NCBI GenBank assembly: GCA_963717525.1
Contig: OY970343.1
Span: 1,728,001-1,792,000, forward strand
Length of the DNA stretch: 64,000 nucleotides
Source: an uncultured Methanoregulaceae archaeon
Lineage (GTDB): Archaea; Halobacteriota; Methanomicrobia; Methanomicrobiales; Methanospirillaceae
Reading direction: 5' to 3'
The notes under the pieces were generated by a model. It did not search any database. It saw only the letters and a list, made by a program, of their open reading frames with translations, and was not told where the DNA came from. Within the stretch, counting starts at the first letter, position 1, and the number at the start of each line of letters is the position of its first letter. Both the position numbers and the translations under genes were made by a program. Below are positions 1-10,440 of this stretch, piece after piece.

Positions 1-61
1 TTGTGCGGGATGCCACGGATATTCTCGAGAAAATACTTTGAGTGGACACCGGTGAACGCAT

Positions 62-1141
62 ATGGATAACCCCACGAGGCATCTCTCCGTAATCGATCGG
101 TACCTCACGCTCTGGATCTTCCTTGCGATGGCAGCGGGAATTGCCATCGGGTACTTCTCGCCCGCAGTGCCCGCAATGATCACCGGCCTCTCGGTCGGGA
201 CGACATCGATCCCCATCGCGATCGGGCTCATCCTCATGATGTACCCGCCGCTCGCAAAAGTGCGGTACGAAGAGCTCCACAACGTTTTCAGGGACACGAA
301 GGTCCTCGGCCTGTCGCTTGTCCAGAACTGGATCGTCGGCCCGGTCCTGATGTTTGTCCTTGCCGTCGTTTTTCTCCGCGACCAACCGTTCCTGATGTAC
401 GGTCTGATCCTGGTCGGGATTGCCCGTTGCATCGCGATGGTGATTGTCTGGAACGATCTCGCGCTCGGGGATTGCGAGTACTGCGCCGCCATCGTGGGCC
501 TGAACTCGATCTTCCAGGTATTCTTTTACTCCGTCTATGCATGGTTCTTCATCACGTACCTGCCTCCCATGCTCGGCATTGGGGCCGGTTCTGCGGTTTC
601 CATCACGATAACCCAGATCGCCGGGAGCGTCTTTGTCTACCTTGGCATCCCGTTCATAGCGGGGATGGTCACCCGGTATGCCCTGCTCCGCGTGAAGTCG
701 AAAGCATGGTACGAGCAGGTTTTCATCCCGAAGATCTCGCCGGTTACCCTTATCGCCCTGCTCTTTACGATCATAGTGATGTTCTCCCTGAAGGGCAGTT
801 ATATCGTCAATGTACCGTTCGATGTCGTGCGGGTCGCGATCCCGCTGCTCTGCTACTTCGTCATCATGTTCTTTGCGAGCTTCTGGATGGCCTACCGTCT
901 CGGGGTCGATTACCAGAAGTCCGCCACTCTCTCATTTACCGCAGCGTCCAATAATTTCGAGCTTGCGATTGCAGTTGCCGTCGCAGTCTTTGGCATCGAA
1001 TCACTGGCGGCATTTGCCACCGTGATAGGGCCGCTCGTAGAAGTGCCGGTGCTTATTGGCCTTGTGAACGTTGCGCTCTGGATTAAGGAGAAATGGTATG
1101 GCAATCAGGAAAACAATACGTGCAGCCCTTCGCTGCGATGA
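62..1141 (+). CDS. acr3: ACR3-family arsenite efflux transporter
   Basis: About 10 TM helices; motifs [50 protein letters not shown]. Confidence 0.95.
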   Translation: MDNPTRHLSVIDRYLTLWIFLAMAAGIAIGYFSPAVPAMITGLSVGTTSIPIAIGLILMMYPPLAKVRYEELHNVFRDTKVLGLSLVQNWIVGPVLMFVLAVVFLRDQPFLMYGLILVGIARCIAMVIVWNDLALGDCEYCAAIVGLNSIFQVFFYSVYAWFFITYLPPMLGIGAGSAVSITITQIAGSVFVYLGIPFIAGMVTRYALLRVKSKAWYEQVFIPKISPVTLIALLFTIIVMFSLKGSYIVNVPFDVVRVAIPLLCYFVIMFFASFWMAYRLGVDYQKSATLSFTAASNNFELAIAVAVAVFGIESLAAFATVIGPLVEVPVLIGLVNVALWIKEKWYGNQENNTCSPSLR

Positions 1142-1159
1142 AGAGAGAATGGTGACATC

Positions 1160-1579
1160 ATGAAAAAGAAGGTCCTGTTTATCTGCACCCACAATTCCGC
1201 CCGGTCCCAGATGGCGGAAGGGTACATGAACGCAAAATATGGAGGCCGTTACGAGGTATTCAGCGGCGGGACCGAACCGGGGCAGGTGCACCCGCTGGCA
1301 ATCGCCGTGATGAAAGAGATCGGTATCGATATCTCCGGACACCGGTCGAAACTCATCGATGAGTTCTTCGGGAAGGGTATTGAGACCGTGGTCACGGTCT
1401 GCGATTCCGCACAGAAAGCATGCCCGTTCTTCCCGGGGGCAACAGAGGAGATCCACCAGGGTTTCCCTGATCCTGCTGCGTTCACCGGGACCGATGAGGA
1501 GATCCGGGCCGGGTTTCGTCGCGTGAGGGATGAGATTACCCCGTGGATTGACAAAACATTTGGAAGCGAGTCTCCATAA
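1160..1579 (+). CDS. arsC: Arsenate reductase, LMW-PTPase/thioredoxin type
   Basis: P-loop CTHNSARSQMAE, VTVCD...CPFFPG and FPDP motifs; directly downstream of acr3. Confidence 0.92.
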   Translation: MKKKVLFICTHNSARSQMAEGYMNAKYGGRYEVFSGGTEPGQVHPLAIAVMKEIGIDISGHRSKLIDEFFGKGIETVVTVCDSAQKACPFFPGATEEIHQGFPDPAAFTGTDEEIRAGFRRVRDEITPWIDKTFGSESP

Positions 1580-1757
1580 AGCCCGGCGTTTGCCCGTGGT
1601 ATCATCCATGATGCAGGCCGGCCATATTTTTTCCGCACCCGTTCCGGGTAACGGATGGGGAAGATGATTCCGGCTGCGAGGACGACATAGGTAAGCACCT
1701 GTGCGATGCTCCCGGCCGGCCCTGGTCTCTCGAACGTGATGGCGGCCAGCTACTCAG

Positions 1758-2663
1758 TTACCGGGACCCTTTTCTCGTACTTCCAAAGAATAGGAGTACC
1801 AGAGCAAATCCGATTATTGTTATTGAAGACGTAAAGCCCGGGATTGATGGCGGTTGGCTTTCAGCATAAATGGTGGTATTGAAAAGACTGGTGCCGCTAA
1901 AATGCCATTCCGCCTTGTTGCCATTTACCGTTGTCGCGGTGGTATTGACAATGTTTCCCGGCATCTCAAGGTAATAATCCACCGTGATCCCGGAAAGCAT
2001 CGTCTGCATCATTTCCTGCTCTTCTGCTGCGCTGAACAACGGGGCGAACGGCGTCGGGGTTACTTCAACCTGTTCGTAATTCTGAAGCGTTGTATTGTAT
2101 ACCCACTTCGTCGGTATTGGGGTAGGAATTACTATAATCTCCTGGTAGCCCTGCAAAGTCGCATTCCACACTACCATCGGCGTAGGAGCCGGCGTTGGGA
2201 CCGGCATCGCAAACGTTGGTGCGGTTCCTATCGCTGCAAAAGCCTGCGATGCCTGTGGTGAATTAAAGGAATTATCCTGGAAAACGATATTATCGCCATC
2301 TTTCTGGATGCTTATTTTGGAATCCGCAGGGGGGGAATATGTATCCGTCCTGGTAAGCGAGATCGTTACCGTCTTGTTCTGGGTATTTACTATTTCATTG
2401 TAGACTACATTCTCTGTGCCAAGAGACTTTGAGAGATTTGCTTCGATGGCATCTTTTACCGAATCAAACCCCTGGTGTTGGACTCCCATTTCGAGAAGAT
2501 CGTACGTCTGACAATCCATGGTCAGGTCATATTCGGCACTGGAAATCTGTGCATCCTTGTTAACGGTGAATTTATTGGTGATCGCAAGGTTCAGGCACCC
2601 GGCCGTGAGGACAAAAACGAGGATGATACACACAAGGATAAAAATAATTTTCATTTTTTTCAT
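1758..2663 (-). CDS. Exported protein with lipobox-like signal, LppM-like body and PGF-CTERM sorting signal
   Basis: N-term MKKMK + hydrophobic + TAGC; YYLEMPGNIVNTTAT..NGNKAEW; C-term IPGF + TM + RKGSR. Confidence 0.7.
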   Translation of the reverse strand: MKKMKIIFILVCIILVFVLTAGCLNLAITNKFTVNKDAQISSAEYDLTMDCQTYDLLEMGVQHQGFDSVKDAIEANLSKSLGTENVVYNEIVNTQNKTVTISLTRTDTYSPPADSKISIQKDGDNIVFQDNSFNSPQASQAFAAIGTAPTFAMPVPTPAPTPMVVWNATLQGYQEIIVIPTPIPTKWVYNTTLQNYEQVEVTPTPFAPLFSAAEEQEMMQTMLSGITVDYYLEMPGNIVNTTATTVNGNKAEWHFSGTSLFNTTIYAESQPPSIPGFTSSITIIGFALVLLFFGSTRKGSR

Positions 2664-2949
2664 AAAATAATAATTTATTTAAGCCAAAATAAACATTCCT
2701 AAATGAATGTCCGGGGAGCATCGTCCCTGCCGGGATACTGTGCCGGATGCCGGTGTGACCTCATATCCGGCAGGCCCAGAAGCCCACGCGGCGTTTGAGT
2801 GTCCTCTCCCTTACCGGTCATACGGTCACTGCCACCGATACTTCCACAAGAAATACCAGTCCATACAAAATTTGAGCCATTTGTGGACAGGGGGGTGATC
2901 CACCCCCGCAAACGCACCAGAACCGTTTACCTCCTGCATATGCAGGATG

Positions 2950-4170
2950 TTAACCGGGAGCTCCGGATGCGGAATTCATTTCCATCTTCATCATCGTGGT
3001 CGTGTACGGGACCCACACGGAAAGCGTGAAATGCAGTTCATGACCGTCCGGGCCAAAATCCCCGGGTATCAGGTAGCCGCCATAACACGCTTCCCACCCG
3101 GTCTGCATCCATGAGGGGCGGCCGGTGGGGGTCTCGCACGGATCGAATCCTGCAACTTTCGTGAAGGGTCCGTAGGGAGCATCCGCAGAATAGAGAAGGA
3201 AGAGGTCCTGCCTGTAATCCTTGAAGAAAAGTAAGTATGTGCTGAGCGGAGCATCATAGATCAGGGATAATTCTCCCACCCTAAGATCTTCGAAACCGGG
3301 TATGGGTTCGGCCTGGGAGATGTCAGATGTCCAGTGCGGAAAACTATCAGGGCCATAGCCGGTCAGGTAGTGGTATTGTGCCGGGTCCCCGATGCCAGAG
3401 GGGAGCACATACGCCAGGTACACCGGGGAATCCCGGTATTTTCCTGACATGGCCATGAATACCGCAGGGGTTCCGTCAGGAAGAGCGCCCAGCACGGGTG
3501 CAGTATTGACATGTACCTGGTCTGCCCCCCAGTTTGCTGTTTGTGTAAACGAACCATCAGTTTCCTGCCGGAAAAGAACACCATACCCGGAGACCGACGG
3601 GTCGCTCGCGGTTCCCCAATGCGTCACACGCATTGCATACAGGTAGATGGTGCCGTCGAGCGTTATCGCCCCGGCCGGGACCGTAGATTCGTCCACACCT
3701 GCTATCCTCTTCGAAGTCAGGGGCTGGAAGTACGATGCCCCCGAGGTCACCCAGGAGAAACGGGAGCAGCTGAACGGGATGCTGGATTGTATCACCGAGC
3801 TTCCTCCGGCAGCACCACCGGGACCCGCCATTGAGGTTGAGGATGTCCCCATGGTATCCCCGAATATGAGCCATTGGGAAGAACCCTCCACTATGGGTAC
3901 TCCAAGATCTGCACCGGCAATCCCAAGAGACCTGGGGGGATTTTCAAAGAGATTACATTCAAAGATGGGGCCTTGTGCTAGGGAGATCTGCGATGTCTGC
4001 CCGGGGTTTGAAGACTGGTTTGAAGTGGATTTCGGATTGTTAGAATTTTGTTGTGTCTGCCCCGGTGGCAATTGAGGCGTTGTGGCAGGATTTGAACCTG
4101 AAGGTGATGGCGTAACGCAGCCGGCAAGAATAATGAGCAGCGCAATGAACAGAAAACCCAGGTACCTCAT
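2950..4170 (-). CDS. DUF4185-like (GH183-related) secreted lipoprotein
   Basis: LAGC lipobox, P/S/T/Q linker, motifs GADLG, LIFGDT, TVPAGAI, VGELSL, YGGY, FTLSVW..Y. Confidence 0.72.
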   Translation of the reverse strand: MRYLGFLFIALLIILAGCVTPSPSGSNPATTPQLPPGQTQQNSNNPKSTSNQSSNPGQTSQISLAQGPIFECNLFENPPRSLGIAGADLGVPIVEGSSQWLIFGDTMGTSSTSMAGPGGAAGGSSVIQSSIPFSCSRFSWVTSGASYFQPLTSKRIAGVDESTVPAGAITLDGTIYLYAMRVTHWGTASDPSVSGYGVLFRQETDGSFTQTANWGADQVHVNTAPVLGALPDGTPAVFMAMSGKYRDSPVYLAYVLPSGIGDPAQYHYLTGYGPDSFPHWTSDISQAEPIPGFEDLRVGELSLIYDAPLSTYLLFFKDYRQDLFLLYSADAPYGPFTKVAGFDPCETPTGRPSWMQTGWEACYGGYLIPGDFGPDGHELHFTLSVWVPYTTTMMKMEMNSASGAPG

Positions 4171-4373
4171 GATACTTATTTCTCCTCAGGTATAGCAACT
4201 CTCTAAAACCCTGCATCGTCATAACCCTTTCCCCTGCATGAAGGGAATGAAACGGGGAATAGCAGGACGACGACCGCAGGAGAATCAGGATCCCCTTGTA
4301 CCAGCTCCCCCGGCTGTGGATGAAAAATGCACGCCGACAGGGGTTCTCTCTGTGCCCCTGTTTGTGGTTGTAC

Positions 4374-4829
4374 TCAATGGGTAAAGATCATCGAATCCGG
4401 CAGGGCACCATAGTGGGCAAGTACTTCCTTGAGCGTCTTTGAGGCAAGCATCTCTGCCATAATGATAGACCCCAGGGAAACCCCGCGTTCCTTTGCGAGA
4501 GGGTCTTCGGGATCGACGTTACCCAGTTCACCCGACATGGCCTGGTCGAACACCTTTTTTATAATGTGGTTCTGGACAAAGGTCAGTTCGGTCATAAATT
4601 CCTGGCCAGGCATTCTGGCTGCAGCAAAGGATAAACGGATCGTATCTTCGAGCTGGTGGGACCCCCCTTCCGAAGAAAGTCTTAGAATACAGGTTATCTC
4701 GTAGTTCTTCATTTCCTCCTTTTTGAGCGCAGAATGTTCGATACCGAGCATCAACACCCGTTTTACGGGAACCAGGTGGATATGGTGATCCACGTCAAGC
4801 ATTGCAATACTTTCTTCTGCCACAGCCAT
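4374..4829 (-). CDS. Hypothetical protein
   Basis: 151-aa ORF with globular composition, AAGGAG immediately upstream of the ATG; no family recognised. Confidence 0.65.
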   Translation of the reverse strand: MAVAEESIAMLDVDHHIHLVPVKRVLMLGIEHSALKKEEMKNYEITCILRLSSEGGSHQLEDTIRLSFAAARMPGQEFMTELTFVQNHIIKKVFDQAMSGELGNVDPEDPLAKERGVSLGSIIMAEMLASKTLKEVLAHYGALPDSMIFTH

Positions 4830-4976
4830 ACTCCTTTACTGGATGATTCTTCAACCCGGGATAAAGTGTTTGTGCCTTTTGATTGATGTATCCGAAGATG
4901 AGGCATGAGAAAAGGGTTCCAACGAATCCTGCACACTTCTCCGTGGATGGTTCGCAAAAAAGATTTTTATGGGAGG

Positions 4977-5168
4977 TTATGTGCGTTTTTTGGCATTTAT
5001 TCTTCTTGTGATGTAACCGGCGACGCGGTTCCGGACACGCTTGCTGTCGATAACTGCTGACGATGCCAGCTGTTTCTTGTTCTCATCGAAGTTGTTCGTA
5101 AAGTTCTCCCGCTGCTTCGCCAGAAGTGCGGTACCGAGATTTTTAATGTATGACGGTTTGATTCCCAT
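4977..5168 (-). CDS. rps17e: 30S ribosomal protein S17e
   Basis: MGIKPSYIK...FDENK...SKRVRNRVAGYITR. Confidence 0.96.
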   Translation of the reverse strand: MGIKPSYIKNLGTALLAKQRENFTNNFDENKKQLASSAVIDSKRVRNRVAGYITRRINAKKRT

Positions 5169-5354
5169 GGACAATCCCTCAGGGTTGTTGTTCTCTCAAC
5201 GCGACGAGAAGGGATAATGCTATGGTTTGCGGAAACGCCGGGCCGGATCCTGCCCTGACGTCGGGATTGAATTTTTCTTCATGCCCCAGGGGCACCATGA
5301 TGCTGACCTTTTCCCCCGGTTCGGACACTGGGGATAATGATTTTTCGAGAGTGA

Positions 5355-5546
5355 TCAATCAGCCGTTGTTCCTTTCGGCGTTCCCCTTTTCGGAGATGAA
5401 CATAATTCTTTTGCGATACTGATTACGGCGCAATGATTGTCAAAAAACCATGCACACTCTTTCCCGTTGCACGGGACTTCGATAAGCAATCCCTCGGTAT
5501 TGACTGCCGTTCCGAATTTCAGCGGACAAGACTTCTGTGGTGGCAT
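5355..5546 (-). CDS. Small Cys-rich hypothetical protein
   Basis: 63 aa, CPL...CNGKECAWF...CAV pattern; same strand as thermosome and rps17e. Confidence 0.55.
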   Translation of the reverse strand: MPPQKSCPLKFGTAVNTEGLLIEVPCNGKECAWFFDNHCAVISIAKELCSSPKRGTPKGTTAD

Positions 5547-5691
5547 AAAGAAGAATCGGTTTTGACCTGATGAACTTTTCTTATGTCCCGGAAAAAGGGT
5601 TTGCGTCAGCGGTTGGTAACTCCTGTCTCACTTCATTACGATTATTCAATCAACCGCCAACGCACCAGTATTATTATTACATTTCTCGCAT

Positions 5692-7286
5692 CTATCCCGC
5701 TGCGGGATTCTTGGACTGCGTGACCATCATATCATCGATACGGATGAGCATGATCGCGGTCTCGGATGCGCTCTGGATGGACTGGCGCTTGGACCGGAGC
5801 GGCTCAAGCACTCCCTCGCCGAGCATATCGATAACATCACCAGTGTAGACGTTGAGGCCGGCCGTCTTCTCCCCTTTCGCGTGGGCGTTCTTGAGGGCGA
5901 CCAGCTTATCGATCGAATTGTACCGGAGTTCTCCGCAAGAGTGCGGGGGATGATCTCAAAAGCCGTCGCGTATCCCTCGATTGCCATCTGTACCCGTCCC
6001 CCGACCGTCTCAGCGTAATTCCGGAGCTTCATCAGGAGCTCGGTCTCCACTGCACCGCCACCGGCCACGTACGTACCGTCTTCGATTGCGTCCATAACCA
6101 CGCGGGTGCCGTCAACAACCGCACGCTCCAGCTCGTCAAGAAGATAGTCACTCGTGCCCCGGAGGAGGATGCTGACGGTCTTGGGGTTCCTGCACCCGGA
6201 TATCCGGGTGATTTCCATATCGTCGTCCTCGTCGACAACCTCGGCAATTCCGAGGTCCTTTGCCGTCAGGTCTTCCGGCTTATTGACAATATTTGCATTC
6301 AGCGCACGTGCTGCGTACTTGAGGTCCTTTTCAGGAACGTCCTCAACTGCGTATACGCCGTACTTTGCAAGGAAGAACTGGACCGGGTCTGCAATGCCTT
6401 TCTGGCAGAGCACGACATTTGCGCCCGAGCTGATCACGGAATCGGCCAGTTTTCTTAAGGCAGCCCGCTCCTGTTCGGAGAATGCGGAGATCTGCTCAGC
6501 GGTCGTAATCTTGATCTTCGCCTTCACTTGGGTCTTGGTGATCTCTAGGGGCATGGCGATAAGTGCGACTTTTGCCCCATTAACCTTCTTTGGCATACCT
6601 TCGGTTACCCGTGTCTTGTCCAGGATAATACCGCGGATGAGCTCGGAGTCATCGATTGACTTGCCCTTCTTCTTCCTGATCAGCAGGTCATCTTCGTCGG
6701 CACTGTATTTCCCATCGGTCTTTTCTGCGATGGCCATGACCGCATCCACGATGATCCCGTCCAGTTTCTCCTTGACCGATTCGATCGATTTCCCCGTGAT
6801 TGCGGTGTCGGCGACCTTGATGAGCGTCTTTCTGTCAGCCGGGTCGACCTTAAACGAAAGGGAGCTGGCGATTTCAAGGCCTTTTTCCATACCCAGGCGG
6901 TATCCTTCGGAGATAACGGTAGGGTGGATCCCCATTTCGAGCAGTTTTTCCGCCTGCTCCATCAGGGCACCGGCGATGACAACTGCGGTCGTGGTCCCGT
7001 CCCCGACCTGATCGTCCTGCGTCCTTGCGACTTCGACCATCATCTTTGCGCCGGGGTGCTGGACCGAGAGCTCATTTAAAATTGTAGCACCATCGTTGGT
7101 GATGACAATATCCCCCGTTGAGCTGACAAGCATCTTGTCCATGCCCCGGGGACCAAGGGTGGTCCGGACTGCGCCGGCGATTGCCTTTGCAGCCATAATA
7201 TTCGAGTGCTGGGCTTCCTCGCCCCGGTTCCGTGTTGTTCCCTGCCTGAGAATGATAATTGGCTGTCCGCCAAGCTGTTGTGACAT
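5692..7286 (-). CDS. ths: Thermosome (group II chaperonin) subunit; apparent 1-nt deletion near 5923
   Basis: [34 protein letters not shown]-terminus [14 protein letters not shown]...[25 protein letters not shown] continues in another frame to TAG at 5692. Confidence 0.95.
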
Positions 7287-7879
7287 TGCTAACCTCACTG
7301 TTTTTATTTTTGTTCCTGGTATTCCGGCAAAGCCGCTCGTACTCCCGGCCTGCTGTACCGGGTGTTGTGCACTCATGAACAGGGATTATAATCTCTCCCC
7401 GTCACGGTTTATCAGGAAGGGATATCGCTCCCGAAACCGGTGACACCGATTCCCTTGTGCACCTGTAACGGGCAAGAGTTGCTTCGCGGGCTCATATGTC
7501 TATGGGTCGCCCGGGTCAGGAGGATCTTTGCGCACCACAGCAGCTCAAAATCGATAATTTCACGTCGTAATCAATAAGCCGATGCGTTGAGGACTCATCA
7601 TCCGTAAAAAAGCAAAAACCGGATCCTGCAGTGCCGAAAATCCGGCGATTGTAATACATCTCTTTATCGTATCACTCGCCAATTAAGCAACCTCCCTATG
7701 CAACAGACTAAAAAGATACAATGAGTCCATAACAGGTTAAGCAGAAGGGGTATCGGGGAAAAAGGCCCTTCGCGATGCAGCCATCCTCACGTTGCAGAGC
7801 ATCAATACGTCCGGCAACCTGTCCGGTCCCAGAGATATCGTATTAAACTATCAGGATCTCGTGAGAGAAGGTGAATAGT

Positions 7880-8146
7880 GTGCAAAAAGAAGAGTTACTG
7901 CATCTCCACATGCTGATGTCCCTTATCAGGACGTATTGCAGAGACGTCATCCATGATGAAATCCTCACGGAGAGGTACGATTCCCTTGGAATCTCTCCTT
8001 CCTATATTCATAAAGATAAAATTGCCCACAGGGAGGCTCTCTTCACCCTCGGGGATGAGATCGTTTCCCATATCCACGGCCGGAAAGTGCCGGTGATGAA
8101 CTATTCCCAATGGACTGCACCACCCCAGGCTGCTGTCGAAAATTAA
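7880..8146 (+). CDS. UPF0058 family protein
   Basis: (M)QKEELLHLHMLM...YDSLGISPSYIHKDKIAHREALFTLG; GTG start at 7880 or 7871. Confidence 0.85.
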   Translation: MQKEELLHLHMLMSLIRTYCRDVIHDEILTERYDSLGISPSYIHKDKIAHREALFTLGDEIVSHIHGRKVPVMNYSQWTAPPQAAVEN

Positions 8147-8225
8147 CTTTTTTAGTGATCTGCAGAAAACGGATGTGCACTCTTGAGCAACGGCGACTTA
8201 CCCCGCGCTGTCAAACATACCATTA

Positions 8226-8523
8226 TCAGCGGTTCCCGCCTTCTTTAAATTCAATTTTTACATCGCCCGATATTTCAACCGGATTTTCACGTTCAGCGTC
8301 AGTAAATTCTTCAAGTTTAAGAGCAATTTTTCTCCCGCTTCTTAAGGTCAGGACCGCAATTTTATCACCCGTGTTTATGGGGGATAATTTTATCGGAACC
8401 GATTTCCCGTCACGTGTTGGAATTGCCACAACGCGATCCCCTTTTTTAACAGGAGTAAGTTTTACACCAGCGTGTTTCCCGGATGCCGGGAGAATAAGAA
8501 CCCTCTCATCTTTTTTTAACATA
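8226..8523 (-). CDS. Small basic protein with three ~24-aa internal repeats
   Basis: LKKDERVLILP / VKKGDRVVAIP / INTGDKIAVLT repeats; start ATG 8523 or 8561. Confidence 0.6.
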
Positions 8524-8768
8524 ATCCGCACTATGATAACTCCAGCGATAAACTTACTCATCAGGTGAAAATGTTATGACATTTGGCAAACGATCTGCGC
8601 CCGATCACCTTCAGCACCACCCGCTGCGTGAGCGGTTGATCCACGGCAGGTGCACCAGGACCACATCTCCGGTCACCTGCCAGTTTTTTTACAGGAGGAT
8701 TTTCGGGAACCCCGGACTGCCGGCACCGTGACAGAACCGGCACGATGCCATTTTACACCACACTCCAA

Positions 8769-9593
8769 TCACTGCGGTTTCTGCTCGGTCTCCGGTTGCA
8801 TCTTCTGTTCCTGTGCAAGCGTTTTTGCAAGTGCAATGGTGCCTGTCGTATCCCCAAGCGTCATTGTCTGGAGAGCGGTTGACGGGACAATAACAATGGT
8901 GGCATGGCCTCCCTTCAACCCGTCGTACAGCATGTTCATCGCCCGAAGGTGAAGGGCGGTCGGGTTGTTCTCGTAACTCTTCGCTGCAAGTTCAAACTTC
9001 TCGGCGATCTGCCGTTCGGAATCCCCGAGAATGACCCGTGCCTGCCGCTCTCGTTCGGCCTGCGCCTGCATGGACATGGCGTCCTGGAGGGCACCGGGGA
9101 TGACCACGTCGCGGATCTCAACGGAAAGTACCTTGATGCCCCACCCGCTTACGCGGTTCCCGATCAACCGCTGGAGTTCAGCGTCAATTATTTCCCTCCC
9201 GGTAAGCATATCGGAAAGGATCGTCTTTCCTATAACATCCCGGAGTGCGGTCTGCGATGCCAGGGAAACAGAACCCTTGTAATCCTTGACTTCAAGCGCC
9301 GCTTTCTCCACGTCGATAACCTGCCAGAACAATACCGCATCAACGTTGACCGGAACGGTATCTTTTGTCAGGGTCTGCTCGGCATTGAACGACGTCGTGA
9401 GAACCCGGATATCGATCAGGAACGCGACCCGGTTCAGGATGGGGATAATAAAGAACAACCCTGGTCCCCTGATCCCGACGAATCTTCCCAGGTACAGTAC
9501 GACGACCCGTTCCCACTGGTTGGCAATCCGTATCGACATGGCGAGAAGTACTAAAATGACAATCAGAATTATCGCAACAAGAAACATATCCAT
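8769..9593 (-). CDS. SPFH/band-7 (stomatin/slipin) membrane protein
   Basis: N-term TM; QWERVVVLYLGR, LTKDTVPVNVDAV, QTALRDVIG, QAQAERERQAR. Confidence 0.93.
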   Translation of the reverse strand: MDMFLVAIILIVILVLLAMSIRIANQWERVVVLYLGRFVGIRGPGLFFIIPILNRVAFLIDIRVLTTSFNAEQTLTKDTVPVNVDAVLFWQVIDVEKAALEVKDYKGSVSLASQTALRDVIGKTILSDMLTGREIIDAELQRLIGNRVSGWGIKVLSVEIRDVVIPGALQDAMSMQAQAERERQARVILGDSERQIAEKFELAAKSYENNPTALHLRAMNMLYDGLKGGHATIVIVPSTALQTMTLGDTTGTIALAKTLAQEQKMQPETEQKPQ

Positions 9594-9729
9594 TTTTTAT
9601 CATCCCTGCTCTGGTTATCGGATGGTAGTCATCCCGTGAATGAAAGAGGGTACCCGCAAAAGTATATAGTTATGGTGATACTTTTCACCGGAAAACCCGT
9701 GTTTCATCTGCGGGAAGAAGGGTGAAGGC

Positions 9730-10440
9730 TCACTCTTCCTTTTTGTACACGGCCTGCCCCACGACACCGGCGAACTTGTCCAGGGACTCGTTCCACCCGG
9801 CCCGTGTCATATCGAGGCTATCGCCGGCGGGAATGCCGTCATGCCGCAGGGTAAGCCGTGTCCTGCCTGCCTGTACTTCGAAGGTCACGGTCAGGAGCAT
9901 TTCAGCAGGGAAGTCCGGGCTCATGCCGTAAGAGGTCGCCGGCACCACGTTCCCTTTTTCATCGGCAAAACTGTCCGTGCAGACAATTTTTTTCGGTCTG
10001 TCAATTTCCCGGAACACACCGGTACTCCAGTAGTCCTTTCCCTCCGGGGATCGCATGCAGTAAAGGTAGGATCCGCCCACCCTGAGATCGATCCGGCACG
10101 AGGGGGATGTGAAGTTTTTCGGTCCCCACCACCGCACAACAAACCCGGGGTCCGTCCATACCTTCCAGACGAGTTCACGCGGGGCATCGAAGAGGCGGGA
10201 GATGATGAGTTCCCCGCCGCATGCATCCGTATTGTAACCGCATCCTGCGACGGACGATTCAATCTTGTGGCTCACGGTATTCACCCGGTAGAGCCGCGGG
10301 TTGTTCAGTAAATCCAGTGCATTGATCTTCTGGTCAACGAGATCTTCGTAGGAGAAGAAATCATTGACCTCATTTCCCGCATCCGGCCAGAAAACCTGGA
10401 TACCGTTTGCGTATTTTTTACTGCTGGTAATCTGCTTCAT
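9730..10440 (-). CDS. SRPBCC/AHSA1-like domain protein with an extra ~75-aa N-terminal domain
   Basis: ISRLFDAPRELVWKVWTDP...WWGP, DLRVGG, GWNESLDK. Confidence 0.85.
   Translation of the reverse strand: MKQITSSKKYANGIQVFWPDAGNEVNDFFSYEDLVDQKINALDLLNNPRLYRVNTVSHKIESSVAGCGYNTDACGGELIISRLFDAPRELVWKVWTDPGFVVRWWGPKNFTSPSCRIDLRVGGSYLYCMRSPEGKDYWSTGVFREIDRPKKIVCTDSFADEKGNVVPATSYGMSPDFPAEMLLTVTFEVQAGRTRLTLRHDGIPAGDSLDMTRAGWNESLDKFAGVVGQAVYKKEE

Noticed and set aside
1..41. 3' end of an upstream gene (possibly an ArsR regulator)
   Set aside because: Only 12 codons are visible (VRDATDILEKIL*), too few to identify
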